From positions 2,978,001-3,042,000 of the forward strand of contig NW_024704743.1 of NCBI RefSeq assembly GCF_018977255.1: 64,000 nucleotides of DNA. The letters are read 5' to 3'. The first letter of the stretch is position 1; every line of letters begins with the position of its first letter. Origin of the DNA: Callorhinchus milii. Taxonomy: Eukaryota. The notes under the pieces were generated by a model. It saw nothing but the letters and a program-made list of their open reading frames with translations, searched no databases and had not been told where the DNA came from. Shown one piece after another: positions 45,966 to 59,430 of this stretch. Made by a program: the position numbers and the translations under genes.

Positions 45966-48900
45966 AACGTTAGGAAGTCCGCTTTGAGACGTCCTCTCGA
46001 CACGAAAGGCACTCGACTAGACCAAATGCAAGGATTATTATTAATATATTACACATTATTAATAATAAGAAACCTTGCATTTGATATCGTCCTTATCACG
46101 TCGTTGAGCCATCTCAAAACGCTTCACAGGATATACTGTAAAGTGAAGCGACTGTATGTTTTGTTGTCGAAACGCGAAAGTCAGTTTACGCACAGTATCG
46201 TCCCACAAACAGCCTGAATTCAGTGACTGATTTTATCTGGGGGACTGTTGACCAGAACACCAAGGAGAGAGAAACTCCCTTCTCTTTTTAAACAGCGTTA
46301 CGGGATCGTTAACCTGAACAGGCACAGACGGGACCTCGGTTTAACGTCGCATCCAAAAGATGGTGCAACTGGACTGCACTGGAGTGTCAGTCTCTAAGAA
46401 TGTATAACACTCCTTGCAGTTGATATAGTGCCTTAACACGTCTTCGAGATGTCTCAAAGCGCTTCACATAATATACTGTAAAGTGAATTGACTGTATGTT
46501 TTTATGGCCGAAACGTGGCAGCCAATTGCGCACAGCAGCGTCCCACAAACAGTCGTGGATTGAGTGACCAAATTATTACTATTTTTATTTATTTGGGAGA
46601 GATTATTACCCCCAGAAATATGATCCGCCAATCGACAAGCAACCAGGTTCTTACTTACTGCTACATAAACAGAGGTGCGTGGAGTAAGGAAACCTGCCGA
46701 AGGTTTTGCCTCACTCGGTGATCGACTTACGTGATTCCAAGTCCCAATTTCTGAGGCGAGAGTGCTACCACTGAGTCAGGCTGACACGCCATCAATATTA
46801 TCAATAATGTAAATTGTATTCTGCTGGAACTTCATCTGACGCCCTCCCTCCCTCCCTCCCTGCTCTTTACATAGATTTAATCAGAATGTACAGCACGGAA
46901 ACAGGCCACTCAGCCCAATCAGTCCATGTCGGTGTTTATATTTCACACTAGTCTTCACCCTTTCCTTTAAGCCTCTATTCCTGTCTCCCTCATATGAAGG
47001 TCTAGCTTCCTCTTGAACGCGCTTACACTGTCTGCTTCAAACACCGCTTCAGGCAGCGAGTTCCATAGTTTCACTAATCTCTGCGCGAAGTAGTTCCTCC
47101 TAAGTTCTCGCTCAAAGACCATCTCTCCATCCAGACTTTTGGTCATCTTTCCCCTCACTCAGCTCCCACGTAACTCAGGCTCAGCCAGCAGCAGAGTCAA
47201 GCTTCGAGTACAAATTGGCTGTTGTGTCGGCTCACGAAGCCCACAGTCACTACACTTGTGTCCCTCCAGAGAAGGAGACGAACAGAAATATCCCCACGTA
47301 ATCAGTATTGGAGACTCTTAAAAACACAGAGGTGGTCAGACCCGCAGCTGACCAAGCAGGAGGAATTAACACAACTTGATACAATGGTCTTAAGGCTGAG
47401 ACGATGTGAAATTCCAGGGGGCCTTATCCACGTTCTTACACAATGCTCAACCGTGTAAAGCTGAGCCTGAGGGGTGAGAGAGTGGTGTAGTATAACAGCA
47501 GAGCCTAAACGGTAACACATAACTCTAGGCTCCCTGCTATTCTGATCTGTTTTCCAGACTCTTGGTCAGAATGGAGCCGAATAATTCGGGTCTATTTTCG
47601 TCTGACTTTGCCTGAACCGGGGACAGAAACAGTGGGGGTGGGGGCGGGGGAGCGCGGGGTGGGAGGGAGAGAGCTGGAGGGTCGAGATCTATGGAGCAAC
47701 GGCCAGGCTGCCTAACTGGGAACATAAGGACTGCTCTCGAGAGGAAGATGGGTTTTGTGGCGATTCTCGTTGTCACATTCCACCTGTCCTCCATCTTGCG
47801 CAGAACCCAATCCCTCTTACCGTCACCAAGTTATCCAGTTTCCTATTATGCAACAATAATAACCCTTGCAGTTGGTACAACACCTTATCACGTCTCAAAG
47901 CAGTTTGGGTGAATTACCGTGAAATGAAACAACTGTGTGTTTTGTAGGCAAACATGGCAGCGCGATTGCACACGGCAACATCCCACCGACGGCCATGGAG
48001 TAAGTGATCAGTTTTATTGAGGGGATTGTCAGCCCGGACACTGAGAGAGAGAAACTCCCTTCTCTTTTCAAATAGTGGCATTGAATCTTTAATGTCCACC
48101 TTGAATAAGTCCCGACGTGCGGCCTGAACCCACAAGCTTCTGACTCGGAGTTACGAGTGCTACCACTAAGGCTAAGACACGTAAGGTGACACCCTATTAA
48201 AAGCACCCACATGGGCAGCTCCAAAGGTGTAGTGGACAGTTTAGTGAACCGAGTGTCTGGAATGGAATGAACACTCTCTCTCGCTGGAGGGACACATCCT
48301 ATTTACCTAATTCCAGAGAGTATTAAATACAGGTTGGTGAGAGCCAACGTTTAGGGACCCCAAGATTGTGCGTTGGGGTAACTGCTGGAGTCTAACCAGC
48401 AAAAACAGCTTGCCATTACGAGCACCGTCTGGCATGCTTTTCCACTGCTCGTTCAGCTAGGATCACTCTACAACAACTTGTATTTATATAGGGCCTTTCA
48501 CGTTGGGAGGACAGTGAAGGGTTTGAACCCTAGTTCAGGTTGGGATCAGAGAGGGCTGGATGGCAAAAGTGGGTGGAGGTATGAAGGATGACGGTCAAAA
48601 AAGGAAGGTCTTGAGATGGGCCTCGAAGGATCTGGGTTCCATTCCCAGGAAGAGTGAAATGTTGGGTAAGTTTCCTTACTCCACACGCCTCTGTTTGCCT
48701 AGCAGTAAGTAACAATAAAATAATAACCCTTGCATTTGATATAGCGCCTTATTATGTCTTCGAGACGACTCAAAGCTTCTTCACAGAATATACTGTAAAG
48801 TGAATTGACTGTATATTTTGTGGGCGAAACACAGCAGCCAATTGTGCCCAGCACACATTGATTGAGTGACCAATTTCTTTTTGAAGGGATTATTACCCAT

Positions 48901-50843
48901 GAAAAAGCGATCCAACAATCGATTAACAGCCGAGTACCGACTTGCTGTTAGGCAAGCAGAGGTGCGTGGAGTGAGGAAACTTATCTAACACTTCACCCTA
49001 CTGGGAATCGAACACAGGTCTCTCGCTTGCGAGGCGAATGCTCTAACCACTGAGCCACAGGACTGTTTGTTAAGTAGACTGGAGGATCGCCTTTCTGACC
49101 ACAAAATACAGTTACTCCAATTTACAGTATATTTTGTGAAGCGCTTTGAGACGTCTCAATGACGTGATAAGGTGCTGTATCAAATGCAAGGAGCATTATT
49201 ATTATTATTATTATTATTATAAGAAAGCAAGGGAGGGGGAGAGGCGGGGAGGCTCCGGGATGGAGTTCCAGAAGGTGAGGGCAGAAAGGCTAAAGGTCCA
49301 ACTGCCGACAGTGGAGCTGTTTAGTGATGACTCTAACCGTAGGTGCTTTGGTTGACAGGGATAACGAAACCTGAGAGGGAAGAATGCCTCCCTCCCTCCC
49401 CCCCACCCTCGCCAGACTGGCCTGTCCCCCAAGTACTGCCGATGAGCCAGGCTGGGCCACACTAGATTGGGCTGCGCTGGACTGGGTTGTCATCAGCAGT
49501 GCCCTGGAGCTGAGATACTCGCTTGCAAAGACATTATCGAGTGGGACAGCTGAGTTGAGAGCCCATTCCACATAAGCTGTGAGGCTGAAGCCTCGCCTGG
49601 GGCTACAGTTCATGTCCCGTCCTGTCATCACCGATAACATGGGTGAGAAGCACGAAGGGGGGGGAAAAAAAAACCTTTCATTGGCGCCTTATGTTAAATG
49701 AGCTTTGACTCTCCATTGGGCTGGAGAGGGGGAGCTTTCCCGTGGGAACGTGAGGTATTTATTTTGAGTTTAAATTTCTGATTGATGTCAACCGGACATT
49801 GAACTAATTTATCGATCTTTAACCTTCCCCACCCGCACACCCCCCACCCCCCACCACCACATACCCACACCTCCACTGATGTTTTTAATGAGAGACGCAG
49901 AATTCTGCCGCGCCTCTGCCTTGTTCAAACAACCAGAGGCTTTCTCGCCTCTGGGGAAGGAGGTTGTGGGTTCAAGCCCCCACGTCAGGAACAGAGCACC
50001 GCAATGCCAAAGGCGCCGTCCTTCTGATGAGACACTAAACCCCGTCTGAGTATTAAACCAAGCCCAATTGGTGTGGGCCTAATTGACCGCATTAACAACA
50101 ATAACTTTTATAGCGCACTACACGTGGGGTAGCGTCTTGGATCGCGTGTTAATAAAGTTCCGTTTATCAATCTCAGATCAGTATTGCTTCAGTACAATAC
50201 AGCACATGTTTACGCAAGCGCCTTTCACACCACGAGGACGTCTCCGCTGCTTCACACTGCTGGTCGGACGGCCGAGCAGGGTCCGACCGAAAGATGACCG
50301 TAAGCGCGGTTAAAGAGGCAGGTTTTGAGACGAGTTGAGGGAGAGGGTGAAATGTAAAATTACTGCTAAAGTGGAGTCCTGTAGCTCAGTGGTTTGAGCA
50401 CTCACCTGGCAAGCGTGAGGACCTAGGCTCGATTCCCAGGCCGGGCAAAATGTTGGGCAGGTTTCCTTACTCTGCTTACCTATTAGTAACTGGGAACCTG
50501 GGTGTTAGTTGATTGGCGGACCGCTTTTCCGGGAGTAATAATTCCTCAAAAAAATGGGTCACTCAATCCACACCTGTTTTTGGGACACCGCTGTGCGCAA
50601 TTGGCCGCCGCATTTCGCCCACAAAACATACAATTAGTTTGCTTTACAATATATTCTGCGCAGCGCTTTGAGACGTCTTGAAGACGTGATAAAGCCCTAT
50701 ATCAAATGTGAGGAATATTATTATACCGCACAGGAGGGATTGCACTGGAGCAACGGCACTGGAGCGACTGCACTGGAGCGGGGCGATTGCACTGGGACAA
50801 CTGTACTCGAGCAGAGAGCGCGATAGCGAGAAGGCTGACTTAC

Positions 50844-50943
50844 TCTGTCAGCTGGACGACGGGCATTGAACCAAGCCGGACAAATCCACCGTCCTTCATT
50901 TCAACGATGCTTTTCACATGGAACAACTCCATCAGGTCAAAGC
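50844..50943 (-). CDS. COL22A1: COL22A1 exon (TSPN start, GFDLMELFHVKSIVEMKDGGFVRLGSMPVVQLT-D)
   Basis: 100 nt, cag/gtaagt, phase 1-2; GFDLM motif of FACIT collagen TSPN domains. Confidence 0.92.
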
Positions 50944-51443
50944 CTGTGCCACACACAGGATGGGGTGGGGGGAGGGCGGGGGGGGGTTGATAGTGGGGAG
51001 AAGAAACAGGCTTACAATGGTGTATTCATTCTAAATCATTCATTAAAGGTTCATGTTGCCTCGGACGATGATGTGTTATTTCTGTGAAGGTGAACTCTCG
51101 TTCTTAAGGGTAAGGTTCACCAAAACTCACTGAGATCCTCAATGATCCAGTGTTTTGGAGTGAACGCACTCCAATCTATTAAGCATGATTTGACACATAC
51201 GCTAACTTTTGATCATGTAGTTGACACGTTTGCAACGATGAAAACACAGACGGAGAGGCGGGGTTGGGCGCGACTGTGGAGAGCTGTAAAGGTGAGGATG
51301 AGAATCTTGAACTCGACCCTCTGGGGGATGGGGAGCCAGTGTAAATGAAACAAGGAAAGGCGTAAGGTACAAACCCTCAGGTGATGGGAGGTAATTGCCT
51401 TGCAATACAAACAAAAACGTGTTTTGCTGTGAAATTGACTCAC

Positions 51444-51518
51444 CCGGTATATTGGCCGAGGATTGGCCGACTAATTTGAACTGGTCTCCGCTCACTCGCA
51501 GATTGGGACACAGCACGT
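51444..51518 (-). CDS. COL22A1: COL22A1 exon (vWA-TSPN linker, NVLCPNLRVSGDQFKLVGQSSANIP-G)
   Basis: 75 nt, cag/gtgagt, phase 1-1, keeps frame. Confidence 0.9.
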
Positions 51519-54500
51519 CTGCGAGAAACAAACAAGACGCATCATGTCATATCACATCAGGCAAATCCATCCTTCGGGTGAGACGTTAAGCTAAGCACGA
51601 CGACCGGTATTGTGGATTAGCTAATCAGTTGCGCAAAGCAATGACCCGCAAATAGCTATGAAGTGAGTGACCAATTTTATTTGGGGGGACTGTTGGGGAT
51701 TAAAAAAGATCTGCCGAGATACAATAACCCATGAAGGAGAATGGATCAATGGGACCAAATGGTCAATTCCTTGTCCCATCTTAGCCATGTGGCTCCCTCC
51801 CGGCACTAGTTTGGGAATACCAGTTTAACCCAACTTTATAGGGTGACGCTTGACGTATCTCACGCTTTCCCATTCCTAAGTGACATCAATCGTTGCGTTT
51901 GATGCAGCCCTTTTCGCTTTGTGAGCTCATCTCAAGGCGCTTCACGGGATTCACGGTGAAGTGTAGTGACTGTTCACCTATCCCCAGTGGAAGTTGTTAA
52001 TCAAGCCGTGGTGGTGCCGGTGCTCAGGAGACCCTCAGACTCAAGGCCACAAACCAGTCGCAAAAACGGCCGGTGTATATTTAACAAGACTATTTGCGGG
52101 GAAAGGGATTTGAACCTGAATCTTGATTGCATTGCTCTGAGTCAGTCGGCCGTTTTAAATGACAGCTGCACTCTTTTTATAAATTCCCCTCACTTGCTTC
52201 CAGGACGGACTGGGTGATGGCACTTTATAATTCCTTCTCCCGGCCCCCATCCCCAATCCATTCCCCCGCCGCCCGCAAGCTGGAGTGGGGCAGCAGGTGG
52301 GAGGAAGGAAGCACCACCTTGTGTTAAATATAATAGTGCTAAAATAACACCCTCTAAATCGCCCCCCCACCCCCCACCCCCCCGAAGGCTGCTCCCCTGC
52401 CCCCCACCCCACCCCCACAACACACCCAACAAACTGGGTGGGGGGGAGAATCTTGTGTGTCAACAGGAACTGTAAATTGGATTCCTCGTCTCCTCCTTGC
52501 AACCCTTTCACCTTGAAGGTCTACATCTTTCCCACAATACACAGTCAACCCCACTTTCCAGTGAATGCTGAGATGTTAAAAGCGAGGTATCACATGGAAG
52601 GACTGTTATTATTTATTCTGATGACACGGTATGACGCGATATCAATGTGATGTGCCAGTACGCCTCCCCCCCCAAACTCTAGAAACTCTGGAACGCTCTG
52701 TCTCTAAACCTCCTTCTTGTCCGCCTTCAGGTCACAATCGGGCTCATCGTAACAGTGTTGGTTTGCTATCCTCCAATAAAGCCAACAACCAAATCCTGAC
52801 TCCCTGCTCTATCCCCTCCCCTGCACCCTCACGATCCTTCCTCCCTGTTTTGCAAGATCACAAGATCGGTCTGGATGAAGAAGACCATTCAGCCCATCTG
52901 ATCTCCTCCCTCTATCGCAGCACCAAACTGGTTCTCAGCTGAATCCCAACACTGCCTGTTGTCACTGCCTATTAGAGGAAAAGGGTCATCCACTGCACGG
53001 TTTGGCTGAGAGTGTGCGTTGGGGTAACTGATGACGCTTAACCGGATAAAACCACATTTTGCAATACTATATATTTTGCAACCACTGTACTACATATCCT
53101 GTACTATAGTGGTTAGTGCACTTGCACTTGCGAGCGAGAGGACCCAGGTTCGATTCCGGAGTGGAGCAAAACTATTCTTCAGCGATGTGGATAATAATAA
53201 TAATAATAATAATAATCCTTGCGCATTATCAAGTGCAAGGATTATTTATTATTGAGAGCACTATCTGGCAAGCTTTCCCATGGCTTGTCTCGCCAGGACC
53301 ATCGTGCCTATTAGGGCTTTGGCTCACAGAGTTAACGAGAGCTGAGTGGGCGAGTTTTGTGTCTCTGGCAGAGAACATCCCACTTTGAAGTGGAGAGTAG
53401 GGCCGGGTCGGGGCGGACGCAAATAGCTGCCTCAGAATAGCTGTGGGTTAAGTGCCCAGTGTAATCTTTGCCTGCTGGCTCTGGTCTCTCTGGAAAAACA
53501 TCAGTTACCTTACATTGCATAGGCGTGTGAATTGTCCGTGTTTTTTTGGAAATTGGTTCCAGTCACTCGCTGCATGTGGCAAAGCAACATTCAGGATCGT
53601 TCGGTGCACAACAACTAAAGGCCATTGTCATCTCTATTTCCACCTCTATTTTCTATATCATCGCATTTAAGCGCTCTGAGACACTCCCCTGTGTGGAAGG
53701 GAAAAGATGAGGGAAAGGGGTGGACAAAGTTAGCTCCTGATGTGGTTTGAACGAGGTGAGCTTGGGAGTCAGAGTCAGAGGGACTCCGGGAATGGAGCTC
53801 TAGAGCGCAAGGGGGCAAAATGGCGGCGATGGGGGAGATGGGCGAGGGTGGAGGGAAGACAGGGGGCAAGCTGGGCCGGGTCAGGAGATGGCAGGGTGGG
53901 AGGGGGCGCGGGTGAAGGCCGTAATGGAGTTTCTCACTGGGAAAGAGGCAGCTTTTGGTGTGGAAACTACTGGGTGTGTGTCCGTCCGTGTTTGGTGATG
54001 GGGTGGGGCGGGGGGCCGGGGGGTGGGTGTTAGCAGAGGCTGCTCTCCAATCACTCGGCTTGGCTCAGGCCGCGTGCTACTGCTCTGTAACGGCTCAAGC
54101 GGGAGCCCGATGGACTATCCCGTTTGACACGACTCGGTGGCTCGCTATCTGGCAAGTGAGCCAATCAACAACAACAACAACTTGCACTCATGCCGCGCCC
54201 CTCACGCAGGGTAGCGTCCCAGAGCGCTCGACAGCGGCGGAGCACGACGCCGAGCCGGGGTGGGGGGGGGGAGTAGGGGGGTGTGGGAGGTGAGCTTGGG
54301 CTCGGCCAAAGAGGAAGGTCTTCAGGGCGTGACCTGAAGAGAGGGGCAAGGAAGGGGCGAGACATAAAGAAGAACGTTCCGGGGCGCGATAGCTGAGAGC
54401 ACGAGGGGACACGCGGAATTATCGATAGAGAGAGAGAGAGAGAGAGAGAGCAGGCGGCCGGAAGTTGGAAACGGTTCTCGGGACGGATGAAGATTAAGGA

Positions 54501-54531
54501 TCCTGGAGGGCTATTCATAAAGACGAGGGAG

Positions 54532-54566
<35 letters not shown>

Positions 54567-56107
54567 AGTGTCCTGGCCGACAGTCCCGCAGATAAAGCCG
54601 GTCACTCACTCCCTGACTGTCTGTGCGGGACGCCGTGCTGCGCGCAATTGGCTGTCGTGCTTCGCCCGCAAAACGCACAAGTCAATCCACTTTACAGGGT
54701 ATCCTGTGAAGCGCTTTGCGGCGTCTCGACGTCGTGAAAGGGCGTAATATCAAGTGCAATTTGTTTTTATATACATCATTGCTGCCCTGTGAGCTGTCCC
54801 CCGTGAGCTCCAATATGAGTACCCAAGCTCCCGCTAACTATAGCCAGGAATGCAAGTATGATAATTTTGTAAAAATATTCATTCCTCCCCCGAGCACCAG
54901 AACCCTTTGGCCTCAGCGACTTTCACGCTGACTTTGGCAGCGTTTCCTCTATTTTCCTGTTTTTTTAATGATAATAATCCTTACATTTCCCATCAGGACG
55001 ACGGCTCAAAGTACTTCAGGGTTTCCTATACGTGTGTTTTTGTGGGTGAAACGCGGCAGCCAATATACACGCGGCAATGCCCCACAAACGGTCATGAAAA
55101 GGATGACCCGTTTTACCTGGAGGATTGTCGGAAGGACACTGGGGAGAGAGAACTCCCTTCTCTTTTCCAATAGCGCCCTCCGTGAGCTGGACAAGCGACG
55201 GGAAATCTTATCAATCAGTGCTCTCAATGGTAAGCTGTGTGGGTTAGACAGCAGTTACCCCAAAGCACACTCTGAGGTCCCCAAGCCTTGGCTCTTGCCA
55301 ACCTGCGCCTAACGCTCTCCAGAACGAGGTAAATTGGCACAGACGAGGCCTTGGTTTCGCGTCTCAACCGACAAATTCTGTTCAAAGGGGCCATGGTCTC
55401 GGTTTGGATATTTAGAAAAATAGCCGGAAGCTGCCATCGGGATTTGATTCGCAGATGATACGCTGAACATCTACTCACTCACGTACTAACTCTCGTGCGC
55501 ACTCACTCACTCACTCACGTGCACAACCGTACGTGTGGGCTTACGCAATCGTGCTCATCCGTGCACGCGGACTCAATCACGCGCAGGACGGTGCACCCTC
55601 ACTCACTCATAGCGCTGTCCTGCGCATTCACTCACACGCTCACACGATTGAGATTAACAGGAATCGAGTGTAAGGATTCCCTGCCCCCAAGTGACTGGTC
55701 GGCCCTTCCGAGTCCTGCCGGCGAGCCAGGCCGGGCTGCGCTGTCGTCAGCAGCGCCCTGGGATGCTGCGGATCTGCCTGGCTCAGGAATCGGACTGGAG
55801 ACCATCACAGATATAAAGCTGTGTGATGTTTTTTTTTATTTCTGGCCTCCTCTACTCCAGCCTTTGGCAGCTCGCTGGTTTTCCCCTGCTGTGGGTTCAT
55901 TGCGTGGGCTGTAATTGGTGGGTGTGGAGCTGAATTCAAAGTGTTTGCTGAGTCCGGAGCCTTTAATCAGCCGGCGATGGGCCGATCAACGCCATAACAG
56001 CGTGTGGACTTTGTCCAACAAAAAAAAAAAAACGATTGAAAATTAGCTTCACACATTCCCTGAGTTTGACAAAGCTTCTGTCGCTTTTGAAGATCTCAAA
56101 GCCCTTC

Positions 56108-56575
56108 ACAACAACAACAACAACAACAAGATTCCATTTATAGAGCGCCTTTCACGTCGGGAGGACGTACCAAGGCGCTGGACAGTTGGGTCAGGACCCG
56201 AGCATTGGGGGGGGGGAAATGGTCAGGGTGAGGGGAGGGAAGGGAGGGAGCGAGGAGGGGGTAGAGAGTCGAGAGTGGAGCTGAAGGCTGAAGGTCAAAG
56301 AGAAAGGTCTTGAGACCGGCCTTGAAGGAGGAAAGGGAGGAAGCGGCGAAGGCACTGGGGGATGGAGCTCCAGAGCCTCGGGGCTGAGAGGCTGAAGGCC
56401 CGACCACCGATGGTAGGGCGGTTGGGGCGGGGGACGTGGAGCAGACCGGAGCCAGAGGAACGGAGGGTACGGGCAGGTAAGTAGGGGGATAGTAGGTCGG
56501 AGAGGTAGGAGGGAGCGAGGCCGTGAATGGCCTTGTAGGTGAGGATGAGGATCTTGAATTCGATCCTCTGGGTTA
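56108..56575 (-). mobile_element. Young L2-clade LINE 3' end
   Basis: QRIEFKILILTYKAIHGLAPSYLSDLLSPYLPARTLRSSG...GGRAFS...PRLW, 3' UTR and (gtt)n tail. Confidence 0.9.
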
Positions 56576-57702
56576 CTGTAAAGTGTAGTGACTGTGTTAA
56601 TATTCTGTGAAGCGTTTTGAGACGTCTCAGTACGTGATAAGGTGCTGTATCAATTGCAAGGATTAATATTATTAAACATCCCACCATTTCCCTGCGGTCC
56701 TGCCTCATGACAATGTGCCGCCTCTTTTTTCCTGGTGAAAGCCTATCCCTTGTGGCGTTCCAGCCGCCTGGCCTGGTGATGACCGACAGGCCGAGGGGAG
56801 AAAGATTAAGATCGGGTTCGCATCGCCTCTGAACCTCTGAGAGCTTCGCTGCAGTTACAAGGAGCATTCGGTGAATGGCAAACGCCAGGAAAGCTTCACC
56901 TGGAGGGGCACTGTATTGTCGGAGGCGCCGTCCTTCGGGTGAGATGTTAAACCGAGGTCCCATCTGCCTGTTCAGATGGACACTAAAGATCCCACAACAC
57001 TATTCGAAAAGAGAAGGGAGTTTTTCTCTCTCCCAGATAAAATTGTCACTCACCTCCAGGCTGTTTTGTGACACTGCTACGCGCAACTGGCTGCTGTGGT
57101 TCGTCCACCAAAATACACAGTCACTACACTTTATAGTATATCCTGTGAAGCGCTTTGAGATGCCTCGATGATGATGTGATAAGGTGCGACATAATGATAA
57201 TAATAGTCTTTGCATTTTTAATAAGATAACAATAAGAGTCCTTGGAATGTGATAATAATAGTCCTTGCATTTGATATAGCGCCTTATCACGTCATCGAGA
57301 CGTCTCAAAGCATAGAATATATTGGCACTTCACAGCCAATTGTGCGCCGGAGTCTTCCACACACCGTCATGGATTGAGCGAAGAAATTATTATTATTTTT
57401 GGGGGGCGTTATTATCTTTCAAAAAGCGATTTGCCAATTGACTAACAACCAGGTTCCTATTTACTGGGTCAACAGAGACGTGTGGAGTAAAGAAACTTGA
57501 CTAAGTTTTCGACCGCGCCCAGTACTCGAACCCGGGCCCTCTCGTTTGCGAGGCGAGTGCCCTAACCAATATGCTACAGCACTCCACCATAGGTCCACCA
57601 TATGTCAAGTGCAAGGATTATTATTATTATTATTCATGCGGGGCAGCGTCTCAGCTCGTGGCGGTGAGATACCGGATGGGACGGGCACGGATGGGCACTT
57701 AC

Positions 57703-58269
57703 TCTGGCATAGCCGCCGGCGTAGGACGCCCCTCACCCGGTCGATGGCGTTGTAGTCGGAGACATGGAAGACGTGGGCGGCCTTGGGCTCAGAGGCGATC
57801 TCCTGCAGCTCCTCTCGCAGCGCCTCGCCCACTCCCACTGCGAAGACCCGCAGGCCAGCCGAGTGTGCCAACGTGGCGTTGGACAGCACCTCATCCTGGC
57901 TACGGCCATCCGTCAGCAGCACCACCACCTGCTGGACCCCCGACTGGCCAGGCCGCCCACCCGCCTGGACTGTGAAGCTATCCAGAGCCACGTGGCCGAT
58001 GGCCTCCCCTGTCCTGGTGTTGCCCCGCCGGTACGGGATGGCGTTGGCTGCTCTCTGGACGGCCTCAGCGCTGTGGTGAGCCCCCAGCTCAAACTCGGTG
58101 TGGGGCCGGTCACTGTAGCTCACCACCCCAACGTGAGTGCCGTCCACCCCCACCTCGAAGGTTTCTACCAGCTTCACCACCCATTGCCGGACCTTCTGGA
58201 AGTTCTCTCGCCCCACGCTAGACGAGCTGTCCAACAGGAAGACCAGGTCATAGTGCACGTTCTTACAGC
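57703..58269 (-). CDS. COL22A1: COL22A1 exon, von Willebrand factor A domain
   Basis: 567 nt, cag/gtaagt; GCKNVHYDLVFLLDSSSSVG (MIDAS DxSxS) ... LLTDGRSQD ... EIASEPKAAHVFHVSDYNAIDRVRGVLRRRLCQ closely matches the collagen XXII vWA domain. Confidence 0.97.
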
Positions 58270-58785
58270 CTGTGTGGGGGGGAAAGGAGGAGTGGGTGGG
58301 GAGGAGGCACAGGGTCAACAAGTCAATGAGAGGCAATGACATCAAAGCTTCAGTTTGGCCCTCGAATATCCCTTCGATCCCCCCCCACTCCCACCGCTCT
58401 GCCCACCCACCCACGTCCAGAGGACGTCTCAAAGCGCTTCACCAGATTCGCTGTAAAAGATAGTGACTGTGTTTTGCAGGCCAACGCGCAGCCAATTTGT
58501 ACGGAGCGACGTCCCACAAACAGCCATGAAATAAACGATCGATTTTATCTGGAGGACTGTTGGCCAGGATACCATGGGAGAGAAACTGTTCTTCTCTTTT
58601 CCAATAGCGCCGCGGGATCTTTAATGTCCACCTGAACAGGCACAGACGGGACCTCAGTTCAAAAGATGGCACCTCAGACCATCTTTGGTCTAATGCCCCG
58701 CCCCTCCCGCCCGGAACCTGATGCCCGAAACAGGCACCAGCAGGCACCTGATGCCCAAAATTCAACAATGTGCCAAGATGGTCAC

Positions 58786-58876
58786 CTGCTCTCTGCGCCC
58801 TGGTCTCCTCTCCAGCCCATAGCAATGAGAGAACAGCCACCCACCACGCCAGACGGGGTACCACTCCACAGGTCAT
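58786..58876 (-). CDS. COL22A1: Collagen XXII alpha 1, first coding exon (signal peptide MTCGVVPRLAWWVAVLSLLWAGEETRAQRA-G)
   Basis: ATG at 58876; hydrophobic signal peptide ending AQRA-G as in collagen XXII; cag acceptor at 58894-58896 (so a 5' UTR exon lies upstream); gtgac donor, phase 1. Confidence 0.9.
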
Positions 58877-58957
58877 CTCAGGGGCAACAAACCCTGTGTG
58901 TAAAAGACAAAGAAATCAACCATGGAGCTTGGGGAACTGTGTCCGCCCACAGGTCGC

Positions 58958-59430
58958 ATTTTTTTGGGTGGGTCGGCCGGGTTTCTTAAGAGTCTCCAAA
59001 CCGACACATGGAAATCCCAGAGATAGAGTGTTGGAATGGAATGCGCTCTCTCTCCCGGGAGGGCCTCATCCTGCTTATCTCATTCTGAAAAAAGGTTAAG
59101 CAAAAGGTTGTCAGGTGTCCAGAGTGTGCGTTGGGGTAACTGCTGGAGTCTAACCAGCTGACGTCGTATAACTTGCATTGAGAGCACCGTCTGGCCAGCT
59201 TTCCCGCTGCTTGTCCAGCCAGGACCGCCCTAACCGTTAGGGCTTTGGTTTGCAGGGTTAACAGGAGCTGAGCGGGATGACTCCCTGCCCCCAGTTCCTG
59301 GAGTACAGCGGATCGGCCTGGCTCAGGAACCGGACTAGAGACCGTCATGGAGGGCTGGCTCGATTCTGACATTCCAATGCCAAACATGTCACCTTGGAGC
59401 CAGTTCAGCTCAGAGGAGAACCTGCTGATC
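58958..59430 (-). mobile_element. Unclassified A-tailed interspersed repeat, family X (copies also near 11945-12140, 19410-19710, 20555-20905, 36685-36950, 42318-42400, 48250-48460, 55225-55335, 60145-60515)
   Basis: Shared core gtgtgcgttggggtaactgctggagtctaaccagc in many copies on both strands; A/T run at the same end in three copies. Confidence 0.75.

Noticed and set aside
57764..58339. 191-aa + strand ORF overlapping the vWA exon
   Set aside because: Antisense shadow of a GC-rich coding exon
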